Positions 7,799 through 14,578 are shown, counted from the first letter of the stretch. The stretch: DNA of 32,000 nt from Catenibacterium mitsuokai (GCF_025148785.1 NZ_CP102271.1:1387972-1419971); one strand, 5' to 3'. Numbers and translations: made by a program. Notes: generated by a model from the sequence alone, not told the origin.

Positions 7799-8890
7799 AT
7801 GAAAAAGCTTATGGCATCTGCTGTAGTACTTTCAATGGTACTCGTTGGCTGCGGTTCAGGTAAAGATTCTAAAAAACCAGAAATCGCTTTAGTCACTGAC
7901 TCTGGAGGAATTAACGATAAGTCGTTCAACCAGTCAGCTTGGGAAGCGGTAAAAGAGTATGGAACTAAGAATGATAAAGGTTATAAATATTATAAACCTG
8001 CTTCATTCGATACTGCTGGTTATAAGGATCAGATCAAGAACGCTGTTGACAATGGTGCAAAAGTCGTTGTTTTACCAGGATTCAAATTCGCTGCTGCATT
8101 AGGAACTATTCAGAATGAAGCAAAATATAAGAACGTTAAGTTCATTGCGATTGACTTCACACCTACTGATGAAAAAGACAATCCTGTTGACATTGCGAAA
8201 AATGTTTACTGTGCAACTTATAAGGAACAGCAGCCAGGTTATTTAGCTGGCTATGCTGCTGTAAAAGATGGCTACACAAAGATTGGTTTCATGGGTGGTA
8301 TGGCACTTCCTGCAGTAATTAACTATGGTTATGGTTTCTTACAGGGTGCTAACGCTGCTGCAAAGGAAATGAAGGTAAACGTTAGTGCAAAGTATACTTA
8401 CGTTAATAACTTCAATGAATCTCCAGAAATCAAAACTAAAGCTACTGGATGGTATAATAGCGGAACTGAAGTTATCTTCTCTTGTGGTGGTCAGATTTGT
8501 AACTCTGTCTTCGCAGCTGCAGAAGATACTAACAAGAAGTCTATTGGTGTAGATAGTGACCAGAAAGATGATTCTAAGACTGTTATCACTTCAGCTATGA
8601 AGGGTGTTAAACAGACTGTATTTGATGAAATCACTAATGCTTACAACAATAAGTTTGAAGGTGGCGCTCATTTATTAGGTGCAGAAGATAACTATATTGG
8701 ACTTTCATCTGATTTCTCAAGATTAAAGAAATTCAAGAAAGCTGATTACGATAAAGTATTCAAAGAAGTAAAAGATGAAAAGATAAAAATCCTAACTAAT
8801 GCGGATGTAGATCCAAATGCAAAAGGTGATCCAAATACAAAAGTATTAAAGGATACTTTAACTAACGTAACAGTATCTTACGAAAATTAA
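7799..8890 (+). CDS. BMP-family (PnrA/TmpC/NupN-like) ABC transporter substrate-binding lipoprotein, probably nucleoside-binding
   Basis: Signal peptide with lipobox LVGC at Cys18. DSGGINDKSFNQ motif typical of the Bmp family. RBS AAGGAGG 11 nt before the ATG at 7799. Confidence 0.85.
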   Translation: MKKLMASAVVLSMVLVGCGSGKDSKKPEIALVTDSGGINDKSFNQSAWEAVKEYGTKNDKGYKYYKPASFDTAGYKDQIKNAVDNGAKVVVLPGFKFAAALGTIQNEAKYKNVKFIAIDFTPTDEKDNPVDIAKNVYCATYKEQQPGYLAGYAAVKDGYTKIGFMGGMALPAVINYGYGFLQGANAAAKEMKVNVSAKYTYVNNFNESPEIKTKATGWYNSGTEVIFSCGGQICNSVFAAAEDTNKKSIGVDSDQKDDSKTVITSAMKGVKQTVFDEITNAYNNKFEGGAHLLGAEDNYIGLSSDFSRLKKFKKADYDKVFKEVKDEKIKILTNADVDPNAKGDPNTKVLKDTLTNVTVSYEN

Positions 8891-8901
8891 ATAAAACCTA
8901 T

Positions 8902-8927
8902 AAAAGTGGCTTCGGCCACTTTTTTTA
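8902..8927 (+). terminator. Rho-independent terminator after the lipoprotein gene
   Basis: AAAAGTGGC-TTCG-GCCACTTTT followed by T's. Confidence 0.8.
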
Positions 8928-8941
8928 TGTGCGTTTACACT

Positions 8942-8958
8942 GATTTAGAGGTGGAATA
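8942..8958. repeat. Left copy of an imperfect 17-nt direct repeat bracketing the accessory insert
   Basis: GATTTAGAGGTGGAATA (8942-8958) compared with GATCAGAGGTGAGAATA (13026-13042): 15 aligned identities with one substitution/indel pair. Confidence 0.45.
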
Positions 8959-9451
8959 AAAATTCCTATGATCTTCTTGGTTTATCAGCAGATGAAAGTG
9001 ACAGTATTGCTCAAAAGCATAAGCTTCCTATATTGTTAAAAACAATAGACTTTAAGAACGAAAAAGAAGCAGTCTATAAAAAAATAGAAACTGCGTGTAT
9101 AATTGCAAGTAATGGAGATGTTTATAAATGTTTTGGAACAAATAATAGAGTATTCCCTGATATTGATTTAGGAGAAAGACTTTATGGTGTTATAGCGTCA
9201 CATAATCATCCTATTGATGAAACGGCTTCTTCCTTTAGTAGTGCAGATAGATATATGTTTTCTCACTTTAATCTAATTTCATTAAGGGGATGCGATGAAA
9301 CTTATGTATATAAACTATCTAAAAAAATTTAACTAGTGATGAAGTGCTAGAAAATTGGATAATATATGACAATTATTTGCAGTGTTCCAATATTTATAAA
9401 TCTCAGGAAATGAAAGTGAGTTATAGGAGATGGAAAAATGAAAACAAATGA
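8949..9451 (+). pseudogene. 5'-truncated and frameshifted gene fragment encoding a JAB/MPN-like (HxH...SxxD) domain
   Basis: The frame is open from 8949, directly after a TAG, with no ATG/GTG and no RBS. The only possible start is TTG at 9033. It ends at TAA 9330-9332 inside/after an A7 run (9321-9327). The -1 frame is open from 9323 to TGA 9449-9451, and one extra A would fuse the two frames. Motif IASHNHPIDETASSFSSAD. Confidence 0.45.
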
Positions 9452-9653
9452 AGAAAAAATGAATGAAGAATTGACAGAATTGTTTATGAATTATGAAAAA
9501 GAAAGAAAAAGAATTGAAAATGAAATAAAAGATAAAGGTCTTTGGGAAACGTTTGGATTAGATGCAAATGAACATTTTTTTAAATCTCTAAAAAAGAAGT
9601 TCAAAAAAAAGAAAAAGCAATTAGATCAAAATATGGAAAATTGTAGTTTTTAA
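9438..9653 (+). CDS. Small highly charged hypothetical protein (71 aa)
   Basis: RBS TAGGAGATGG 5-8 nt upstream. Overlaps the restored end of the upstream pseudogene by 14 nt. Followed by a terminator. Predicted helical, with a poly-Lys tract KKKFKKKKK. Confidence 0.5.
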   Translation: MKTNEEKMNEELTELFMNYEKERKRIENEIKDKGLWETFGLDANEHFFKSLKKKFKKKKKQLDQNMENCSF

Positions 9654-9672
9654 AAATAAATATCCAGGAGGT

Positions 9673-9699
9673 GGTGTCAATTGATTGTGACACCTTTTT
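9673..9699 (+). terminator. Rho-independent terminator
   Basis: GGTGTCA-ATTGATTG-TGACACC followed by T5. Confidence 0.7.
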
Positions 9700-9862
9700 A
9701 ATTACACAAAAGTAGGAGGTTAAAGGCACATGTCTAAGAAGATAGGCAGACCCACTTATTTTTAGGACTAACTTTAAATAAAGGGGGATAAATAGATGGA
9801 ATTATTTGGGAATTTCTATGCATTTTAAAAGGCCATTGTAAAAACTGTTCATTAAATTATGA

Positions 9863-9870
9863 TAAAATTA
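9863..9870. repeat. Left 8-bp target-site duplication of the IS1595-family element (TAAAATTA)
   Basis: Identical octamer at 11017-11024, directly outside the inverted repeats. Confidence 0.85.
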
Positions 9871-9894
9871 TTTGAATACCCACAAACCACAGGT
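9871..9894. repeat. IS1595-family left inverted repeat
   Basis: TTTGAATACCCACAAACCACAGGT compared with the reverse complement of 10993-11016, TTTGAATACCCATAATCAACAGGT (21/24). Confidence 0.85.
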
Positions 9895-10011
9895 TAGTGA
9901 AAATTAAATTTCATAAGCACCGATTAAACGGCGTTCATGAAGTTGAACCAGACACATGAATTTCCCACCTGTTCTATAATTAGTTTAGAAATCAGATGGA
10001 GGTATAATCAT

Positions 10012-10986
10012 ATGTCAAACAAAGTATTAAAGCCTAAGAAAGCTTCTCTTTATCAGTTCACTCAGAAATATTCCAACAATATTGATAACTGCATTGAATT
10101 CTTCAAATCCATGAAATGGCCTGACGGCTTTTCATGTGACCGTTGTGGCTGTCATAAGTATTACCTAGTCAAGCGTGTAGGAAAGACCAAGACTTCATAT
10201 GTTCTTGAATGCAGCTCATGCCATAAGCAGCATTCACTGCTTTCAGGCACTATTTTTCAGAGTTGCAAGCTTGATCTATACAAGCTTCTGTTAGGTATCT
10301 TCCTTTTCTTCAATAAAAATAAAGGAATCAGTGCAGTAGAGTTATGTTCAATACTAGACGTCAACTATAAGACTGCACTTCTTCTTGAAAGCAAGTGTAG
10401 AATTCTTATGTCACTAAGCAATTCAGACAAGCTGCTCAACAGCCTTTTCTATGAGGCAGATGTCTTTAATATTGGCGCAAAATCCAAGAATAAAGCGGGT
10501 CGTGCAAGTGAACAGCAACCTGTTTTGGGCATTCTATCTACAGATAAAGAGAATAACTATCCCCGGTTTATTAAGTTAAGACTCATCAATGATTATACTG
10601 GTCTATCACTTAAGAAAAACATAGAACAGTGCTGTGTATTATCACATGCTGCATTGCTTAATACTGATGGCGAGAAAGGCTTTAATACATTAGGCACAGA
10701 AATACAGGTAAAGAACGAGAAAATCAGCTATGAAGAAAAGAATCATAGACTACTCTGGTTAAATATAATAATTGGTAATATTAAAAATAATATTACTGGG
10801 ATATATCATGGAATAACTAAAAGAGAGATGCCTTTATTCCTGAATGAACAGGAGTATAGATTTAACCACAGAAATATGGGAAAGACTGTTATGGATAAAA
10901 TCAAGAAATACCTACAGAAATCATTTCCTATCAGTCATAGACTGATAGTATATATCCTGAATATTTCTGCTCCACATTTCTCTTAA
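10012..10986 (+). CDS. IS1595-family (ISXO2-like) DDE transposase
   Basis: 324 aa from the ATG at 10012 (RBS GGAGG 7 nt upstream). N-terminal Zn-ribbon (CDRCGC...CSSC) plus HTH. DDE region with YEADVFNIG, NTDGEKGF and LNEQEYRFNHRN. The track start at 9937 has no RBS, so the 25-codon extension is not supported. Confidence 0.9.
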   Translation: MSNKVLKPKKASLYQFTQKYSNNIDNCIEFFKSMKWPDGFSCDRCGCHKYYLVKRVGKTKTSYVLECSSCHKQHSLLSGTIFQSCKLDLYKLLLGIFLFFNKNKGISAVELCSILDVNYKTALLLESKCRILMSLSNSDKLLNSLFYEADVFNIGAKSKNKAGRASEQQPVLGILSTDKENNYPRFIKLRLINDYTGLSLKKNIEQCCVLSHAALLNTDGEKGFNTLGTEIQVKNEKISYEEKNHRLLWLNIIIGNIKNNITGIYHGITKREMPLFLNEQEYRFNHRNMGKTVMDKIKKYLQKSFPISHRLIVYILNISAPHFS

Positions 10987-10992
10987 ATCGTC

Positions 10993-11016
10993 ACCTGTTG
11001 ATTATGGGTATTCAAA
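10993..11016. repeat. IS1595-family right inverted repeat
   Basis: Partner of 9871-9894. Confidence 0.85.
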
Positions 11017-11024
11017 TAAAATTA
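11017..11024. repeat. Right 8-bp target-site duplication (TAAAATTA)
   Basis: Identical to 9863-9870. Confidence 0.85.
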
Positions 11025-11212
11025 TAAAAAGTCCTAAATCAGGCAATAAAGACAGATTGCTTATATTAAGAGTGGATTATGGCGAAGATAAATCAAAAGT
11101 ATTATTAAATGATGAACCAGCAGAAGTTCTTTTGACTGTATATCATAATGAAGATGGAAGTTTTACAGTTGTAGAAGGCAAGAATGCAAAGAAGTATCTA
11201 TACGATAGTTAA
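11021..11212 (+). pseudogene. 3' part of a small ORF interrupted by the IS1595 insertion
   Basis: The frame is open across the right IS junction to TAA 11210-11212 (...KSPKSGNKDRLLILRVDYGEDKSKVLLNDEPAEVLLTVYHNEDGSFTVVEGKNAKKYLYDS). Removing the IS and one TSD copy joins it in frame to 9792-9870. Confidence 0.3.
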
Positions 11213-11287
11213 AGAATAATATAATTAATTAACGAAGTATAACTTATAAAAGTGCTATGACTATTTTCTACATATACAACAAAAACT

Positions 11288-11326
11288 AAACAAGGACCAG
11301 GTTTAAAAACACACTGGTCCTTGTTT
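11288..11326. terminator. Bidirectional hairpin terminator
   Basis: Perfect 10-bp stem CAAGGACCAG/CTGGTCCTTG (11291-11300 / 11314-11323) flanked by AAA/TTT. T-rich sequence follows on both strands. Confidence 0.65.
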
Positions 11327-11346
11327 CAATATAATTTTTCTTTTTA

Positions 11347-11478
11347 CTAGTTTTGATTTTGTTTAGCTAAAAGATACATACCACTAAGCATTATTAATAT
11401 TCCTATTAACCAATATTTTTTATATACAGTTAATGCAATTCCTGCAAACATTAATAATATTGTCATTTGTTGTTTCAT
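11347..11478 (-). CDS. Small hydrophobic membrane peptide (43 aa), not in the ORF track
   Basis: Manual translation gives MKQQMTILLMFAGIALTVYKKYWLIGILIMLSGMYLLAKQNQN: two hydrophobic segments separated by KK. The terminator hairpin lies 21 nt downstream. Candidate extended -10 TGATATAAT about 125 nt upstream. Weak SD. Confidence 0.4.
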   Translation of the reverse strand: MKQQMTILLMFAGIALTVYKKYWLIGILIMLSGMYLLAKQNQN

Positions 11479-11827
11479 ACATTTTCTATGTCATCTAGAA
11501 AAAATTAAAGTTACATCTATGTAAGCAGAGATTATTTAATCATAGGTGATAAATAGTAAGTAACTCTTTATCTAGATTACTTCCTTTCTCATTACTCAAT
11601 GAATATATTATATCATTGGTATTTATAAATGAAAATATTTTATAAAGTGCCCCATATTCGGCGCTCTGAAAAGCAAATTCAATGCATAGTATTTCATTTG
11701 GTTTTATAATTATATTAGTAACTGGAGGAGATGATCATATATAAACATTTACAAAGAAGTGATAAAAGTATGTCCATAAAGCGCAAGCGTATAGAAATGC
11801 TTACAATAAAAGAAAGGGGTTGAAAAT

Positions 11828-12085
11828 ATGACCGGACCTTGTTTTAGATTCCTTTGGCAGGAGCCAGAGTACTCTACTGTTGATGAAAATTTAGTTTTCC
11901 ATTTAAAGGATGATGCTCCTGAAATTGCCAAAAAAACTATAAAGAGTATCAAAGATACTATTCAAAAGAAATGGAAGAAAAACATGCTGAATTTTTCAGA
12001 AAAATTGAAGAAGAAATTGATTATGGAGACGATGATTGAGTCATACTTACAAAGTAAAAGAAAGAAAATGATTAACTATGCGTAA
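11828..12085 (+). CDS. Hypothetical protein (85 aa)
   Basis: RBS AAAGGGG 8 nt upstream of the ATG. Lys-rich C-terminal half. No recognisable motif. Overlapped by an antisense track ORF (11749-11952). Confidence 0.35.
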   Translation: MTGPCFRFLWQEPEYSTVDENLVFHLKDDAPEIAKKTIKSIKDTIQKKWKKNMLNFSEKLKKKLIMETMIESYLQSKRKKMINYA

Positions 12086-12149
12086 AATAATTGATGAATG
12101 ACAAATCCATCAATATATTGTGTTAGTTCTAGATAAAGATATTTGGGGC

Positions 12150-12287
12150 ATGCATCCATACAATTATTTTTGGATAAATGGACGAAAATATAAATCAGTT
12201 TATGTACATAATATGCCAAACTGTATTGCGATAGAAGGCGAGCTTAAAGATACTTTCATCGGTCAATATGTAAAATTTGTTTTATAA
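12150..12287 (+). pseudogene. Short ORF or gene fragment (45 codons from ATG; frame open from 12099)
   Basis: ...DKDIWGMHPYNYFWINGRKYKSVYVHNMPNCIAIEGELKDTFIGQYVKFVL. No RBS before the ATG at 12150. Looks like the C-terminal remnant of a larger protein. Confidence 0.25.
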
Positions 12288-12313
12288 AATATTTAAGATA
12301 ACAGAGGTGAACT

Positions 12314-12547
12314 ATGAATTATCAAGAAATGCAAATGAAATTAAAACAATATCTACTTCCTAAGAATACAATCTCCGACAAAAGAGGGTTTGTAGATGGC
12401 ATTCTCAGCTTAGTAGCACATGAGGATGACTTAAAAGACATGTGTGATTGGATTGATAAATATCCCAATGCTACAGAATCAGAAATAATATGTAAAGCAT
12501 TAGAATTAAACATTCCAAGAACTGAACCAGAAAGAATAATTCGTTAA
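12314..12547 (+). CDS. Hypothetical protein (77 aa)
   Basis: RBS AGAGGTG 6 nt upstream of the ATG. Followed by a hairpin at 12551-12586. No recognisable motif. Confidence 0.5.
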   Translation: MNYQEMQMKLKQYLLPKNTISDKRGFVDGILSLVAHEDDLKDMCDWIDKYPNATESEIICKALELNIPRTEPERIIR

Positions 12548-12550
12548 CGC

Positions 12551-12586
12551 AAGAAGGACCAAAGCTTATATGCTCTGGTCCTTCTT
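12551..12586 (+). terminator. Hairpin terminator after the 77-aa ORF; its right arm overlaps the 3' end of the convergent RHH gene
   Basis: AAGAAGGACCAAAGC-TTATAT-GCTCTGGTCCTTCTT (one A/C mismatch in a 15-bp stem), followed by T-rich sequence. Confidence 0.55.
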
Positions 12587-12769
12587 TGCTTTCTCAATAA
12601 CTGCTTCCATAGCTTCTCTAAAAACAGCTGACTGCTTAATTCCAAGTTTCTCACATGCTTCTCTGAATTCAGTAACAAACTCAGTCTTGTAACTTACACT
12701 TACTGTTTTCATATTGCTTTTCGTCCACTGCTTAACATACTCTTTTTGATCAAACTTTTCTTTTTCCAT
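12566..12769 (-). CDS. Ribbon-helix-helix (CopG/Arc/MetJ-like) DNA-binding protein (67 aa)
   Basis: KTVSVSYKTEFVTEFREACEKLGIKQSAVFREAMEAVIEK fits the beta-strand/helix/helix RHH pattern. Confidence 0.65.
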   Translation of the reverse strand: MEKEKFDQKEYVKQWTKSNMKTVSVSYKTEFVTEFREACEKLGIKQSAVFREAMEAVIEKAKKDQSI

Positions 12770-12779
12770 ATTGAATTAC

Positions 12780-12878
12780 CTAAAATACTAATTTCAAAAC
12801 AATTATAATCAAAAGAATTAATGTCATAATTTGAACGATGTCAGTGGTATCTTTTAAAAACTTGCTTAATTTTTTCAT
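12780..12878 (-). CDS. 32-aa hydrophobic peptide, upstream of and co-oriented with the RHH gene; not in the ORF track
   Basis: Manual translation gives MKKLSKFLKDTTDIVQIMTLILLIIIVLKLVF. SD GGAAGGAA lies about 8 nt before the ATG at 12878. Its stop is 10 nt before the RHH ATG. Confidence 0.45.
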   Translation of the reverse strand: MKKLSKFLKDTTDIVQIMTLILLIIIVLKLVF

Positions 12879-12902
12879 TCAAATCATTCCTTCCCTTTCT
12901 TG

Positions 12903-12911
12903 ATTATATCA
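12903..12911 (-). promoter_or_regulatory. Extended -10 promoter element (TGATATAAT) for the peptide-RHH unit
   Basis: The reverse complement of 12903-12911 is TGATATAAT. It lies about 25 nt upstream of the peptide ATG. The -35 is weak. Confidence 0.4.
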
Positions 12912-13025
12912 TATTAATTATTTTTACAAATCAATCTCTTATCAAATTTCTTATTTTGTACATGTTTCTTTATATTCAAAAAACCATTTAGTTATTTTTA
13001 AAGTAAGTAATTTATAGTATAATAG

Positions 13026-13042
13026 GATCAGAGGTGAGAATA
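13026..13042. repeat. Right copy of the imperfect 17-nt direct repeat bracketing the accessory insert; contains the ATPase SD
   Basis: GATCAGAGGTGAGAATA; see 8942-8958. Confidence 0.45.
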
Positions 13043-14578
13043 TTGGAATATGCTATTGAAATGCTTAATATCACAAAAGAATTCCCTGGTATTAAAGCAA
13101 ACGACGATATTACTCTTCAAGTAAAAAAAGGCGAAATTCATGCTTTATTAGGTGAGAATGGTGCTGGTAAATCTACTTTGATGAGTATTTTATTTGGTCT
13201 TTATCAGCCTGATATGGGTGAAATAAAGATTAATGGACAAAGCGTTAAAATCAATGACCCAAATGATGCCAATAAATATAACATTGGTATGGTGCATCAA
13301 CATTTTAAGCTTGTTCATAATTTCACTGTATTGGAAAACATTATTTTAGGTGTTGAAGAGAAAGGGTTATTTGGTAAGCTCAAGACAGATAATGCACGCA
13401 AGAAGGTGATGAGCTTATCTGAGAAATATCATTTAAACATTGATCCAGATGCAAAGATCGAAGATATTACTGTTGGTATGCAGCAGCGTGTAGAAATCTT
13501 AAAGATGTTATATAGAAATAATGATATCTTGATTTTTGATGAACCTACAGCAGTACTCACTCCACAGGAAATTGATGAGTTAATGAAAATCATGAAGGAA
13601 CTTATTAAGGAAGGTAAATCCATCATTTTCATTACTCATAAGTTAAATGAAATTAAAGCAGTAGCGGATCGCTGTACAATCATTCGTAAGGGACGTTATG
13701 TTGGTACAGTCAATGTAGCTGATGTGACTAAAGAACAGTTATCAGAAATGATGGTTGGTCATAAGGTAAACTTGACAGTCACTAAAGATGATCATGAGCC
13801 ATCTGATGTTGTATTAAAGGTTGACCATTTAAGCTATCAGCCTAAGACTTCAGATAAACTTCTTTTAAATGATGTTTCATTTGAAGTAAGAAAAGGTGAA
13901 ATTGTTTGTATTGCTGGTATTGATGGCAATGGTCAGAGTGAATTGATCTATAACTTAACTGGACTTGAACAGCCTAATATGGGTCATGTTTACTTAAATG
14001 ATGATGAAATTACACATAAGAGTATTCGTTATCGTAATGACCATGGGTTATCTCATATCCCAGAAGATCGTCATAAACATGGGTTAGTTCTTGATTATAC
14101 TCTTGGTGAAAACTTGATTTTAAAATCATATTATAAGAAAGACTTCCAGAATCATGGCATTATTAATTTTGACGCAATGAATACTTATGCTGATCGTCTT
14201 ATTGAAGAATATGATGTACGTTCAGGTGAAGGTAGAAATTCTATTGTGCGTGGTATGTCTGGTGGTAACCAGCAGAAAGCCATTATTGCGAGAGAAGTAG
14301 AACAGAATGATGACCTACTTATTGCAGTACAGCCTACACGTGGTCTAGATGTTGGGGCTATTGAATTTATTCATAAGCAGATTGTTAAGACAAGAGACAA
14401 CAATAAAGCAGTATTACTTGTATCACTTGAACTTGATGAAGTTATGAACTTATCAGATCGTATTTTAGTTATGTATGAAGGGGAAATCGTTGCGGATCTT
14501 AATCCAAAAGAGACTACTATTCAGGAATTAGGACTTTATATGGCAGGTTCTAAGAGAGGAGAAGGTTATGAAAAGTAA
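13043..14578 (+). CDS. ABC transporter ATP-binding protein with duplicated ATPase domains (NupO/RbsA-like)
   Basis: First domain: Walker A GENGAGKST. Second domain: signature MSGGNQQK and a degenerate P-loop GIDGNGQSE. TTG at 13043 (MEYAIEMLNITKEFPG) follows GAGGTGA. The track start GTG at 13034 is an alternative. Confidence 0.85.
   Translation: MEYAIEMLNITKEFPGIKANDDITLQVKKGEIHALLGENGAGKSTLMSILFGLYQPDMGEIKINGQSVKINDPNDANKYNIGMVHQHFKLVHNFTVLENIILGVEEKGLFGKLKTDNARKKVMSLSEKYHLNIDPDAKIEDITVGMQQRVEILKMLYRNNDILIFDEPTAVLTPQEIDELMKIMKELIKEGKSIIFITHKLNEIKAVADRCTIIRKGRYVGTVNVADVTKEQLSEMMVGHKVNLTVTKDDHEPSDVVLKVDHLSYQPKTSDKLLLNDVSFEVRKGEIVCIAGIDGNGQSELIYNLTGLEQPNMGHVYLNDDEITHKSIRYRNDHGLSHIPEDRHKHGLVLDYTLGENLILKSYYKKDFQNHGIINFDAMNTYADRLIEEYDVRSGEGRNSIVRGMSGGNQQKAIIAREVEQNDDLLIAVQPTRGLDVGAIEFIHKQIVKTRDNNKAVLLVSLELDEVMNLSDRILVMYEGEIVADLNPKETTIQELGLYMAGSKRGEGYEK

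Larger units (their letters stand above)
9871..11016 (+). mobile_element. IS1595-family insertion sequence, intact (1146 bp)
   Basis: 24-bp terminal inverted repeats (21/24), a single full-length transposase ORF, and a perfect 8-bp target duplication. Confidence 0.9.

Noticed and set aside
9937-10011. 25-codon N-terminal extension of the IS1595 transposase (track start 9937).
   Set aside because: There is no RBS there, whereas GGAGG precedes the ATG at 10012 and the family N-terminus starts there.
11749-11952. 67-aa minus-strand ORF overlapping the 11828-12085 ORF.
   Set aside because: No RBS, and it overlaps a plus-strand ORF that has one. Neither is strongly supported, so only the plus-strand ORF is listed, at low confidence.
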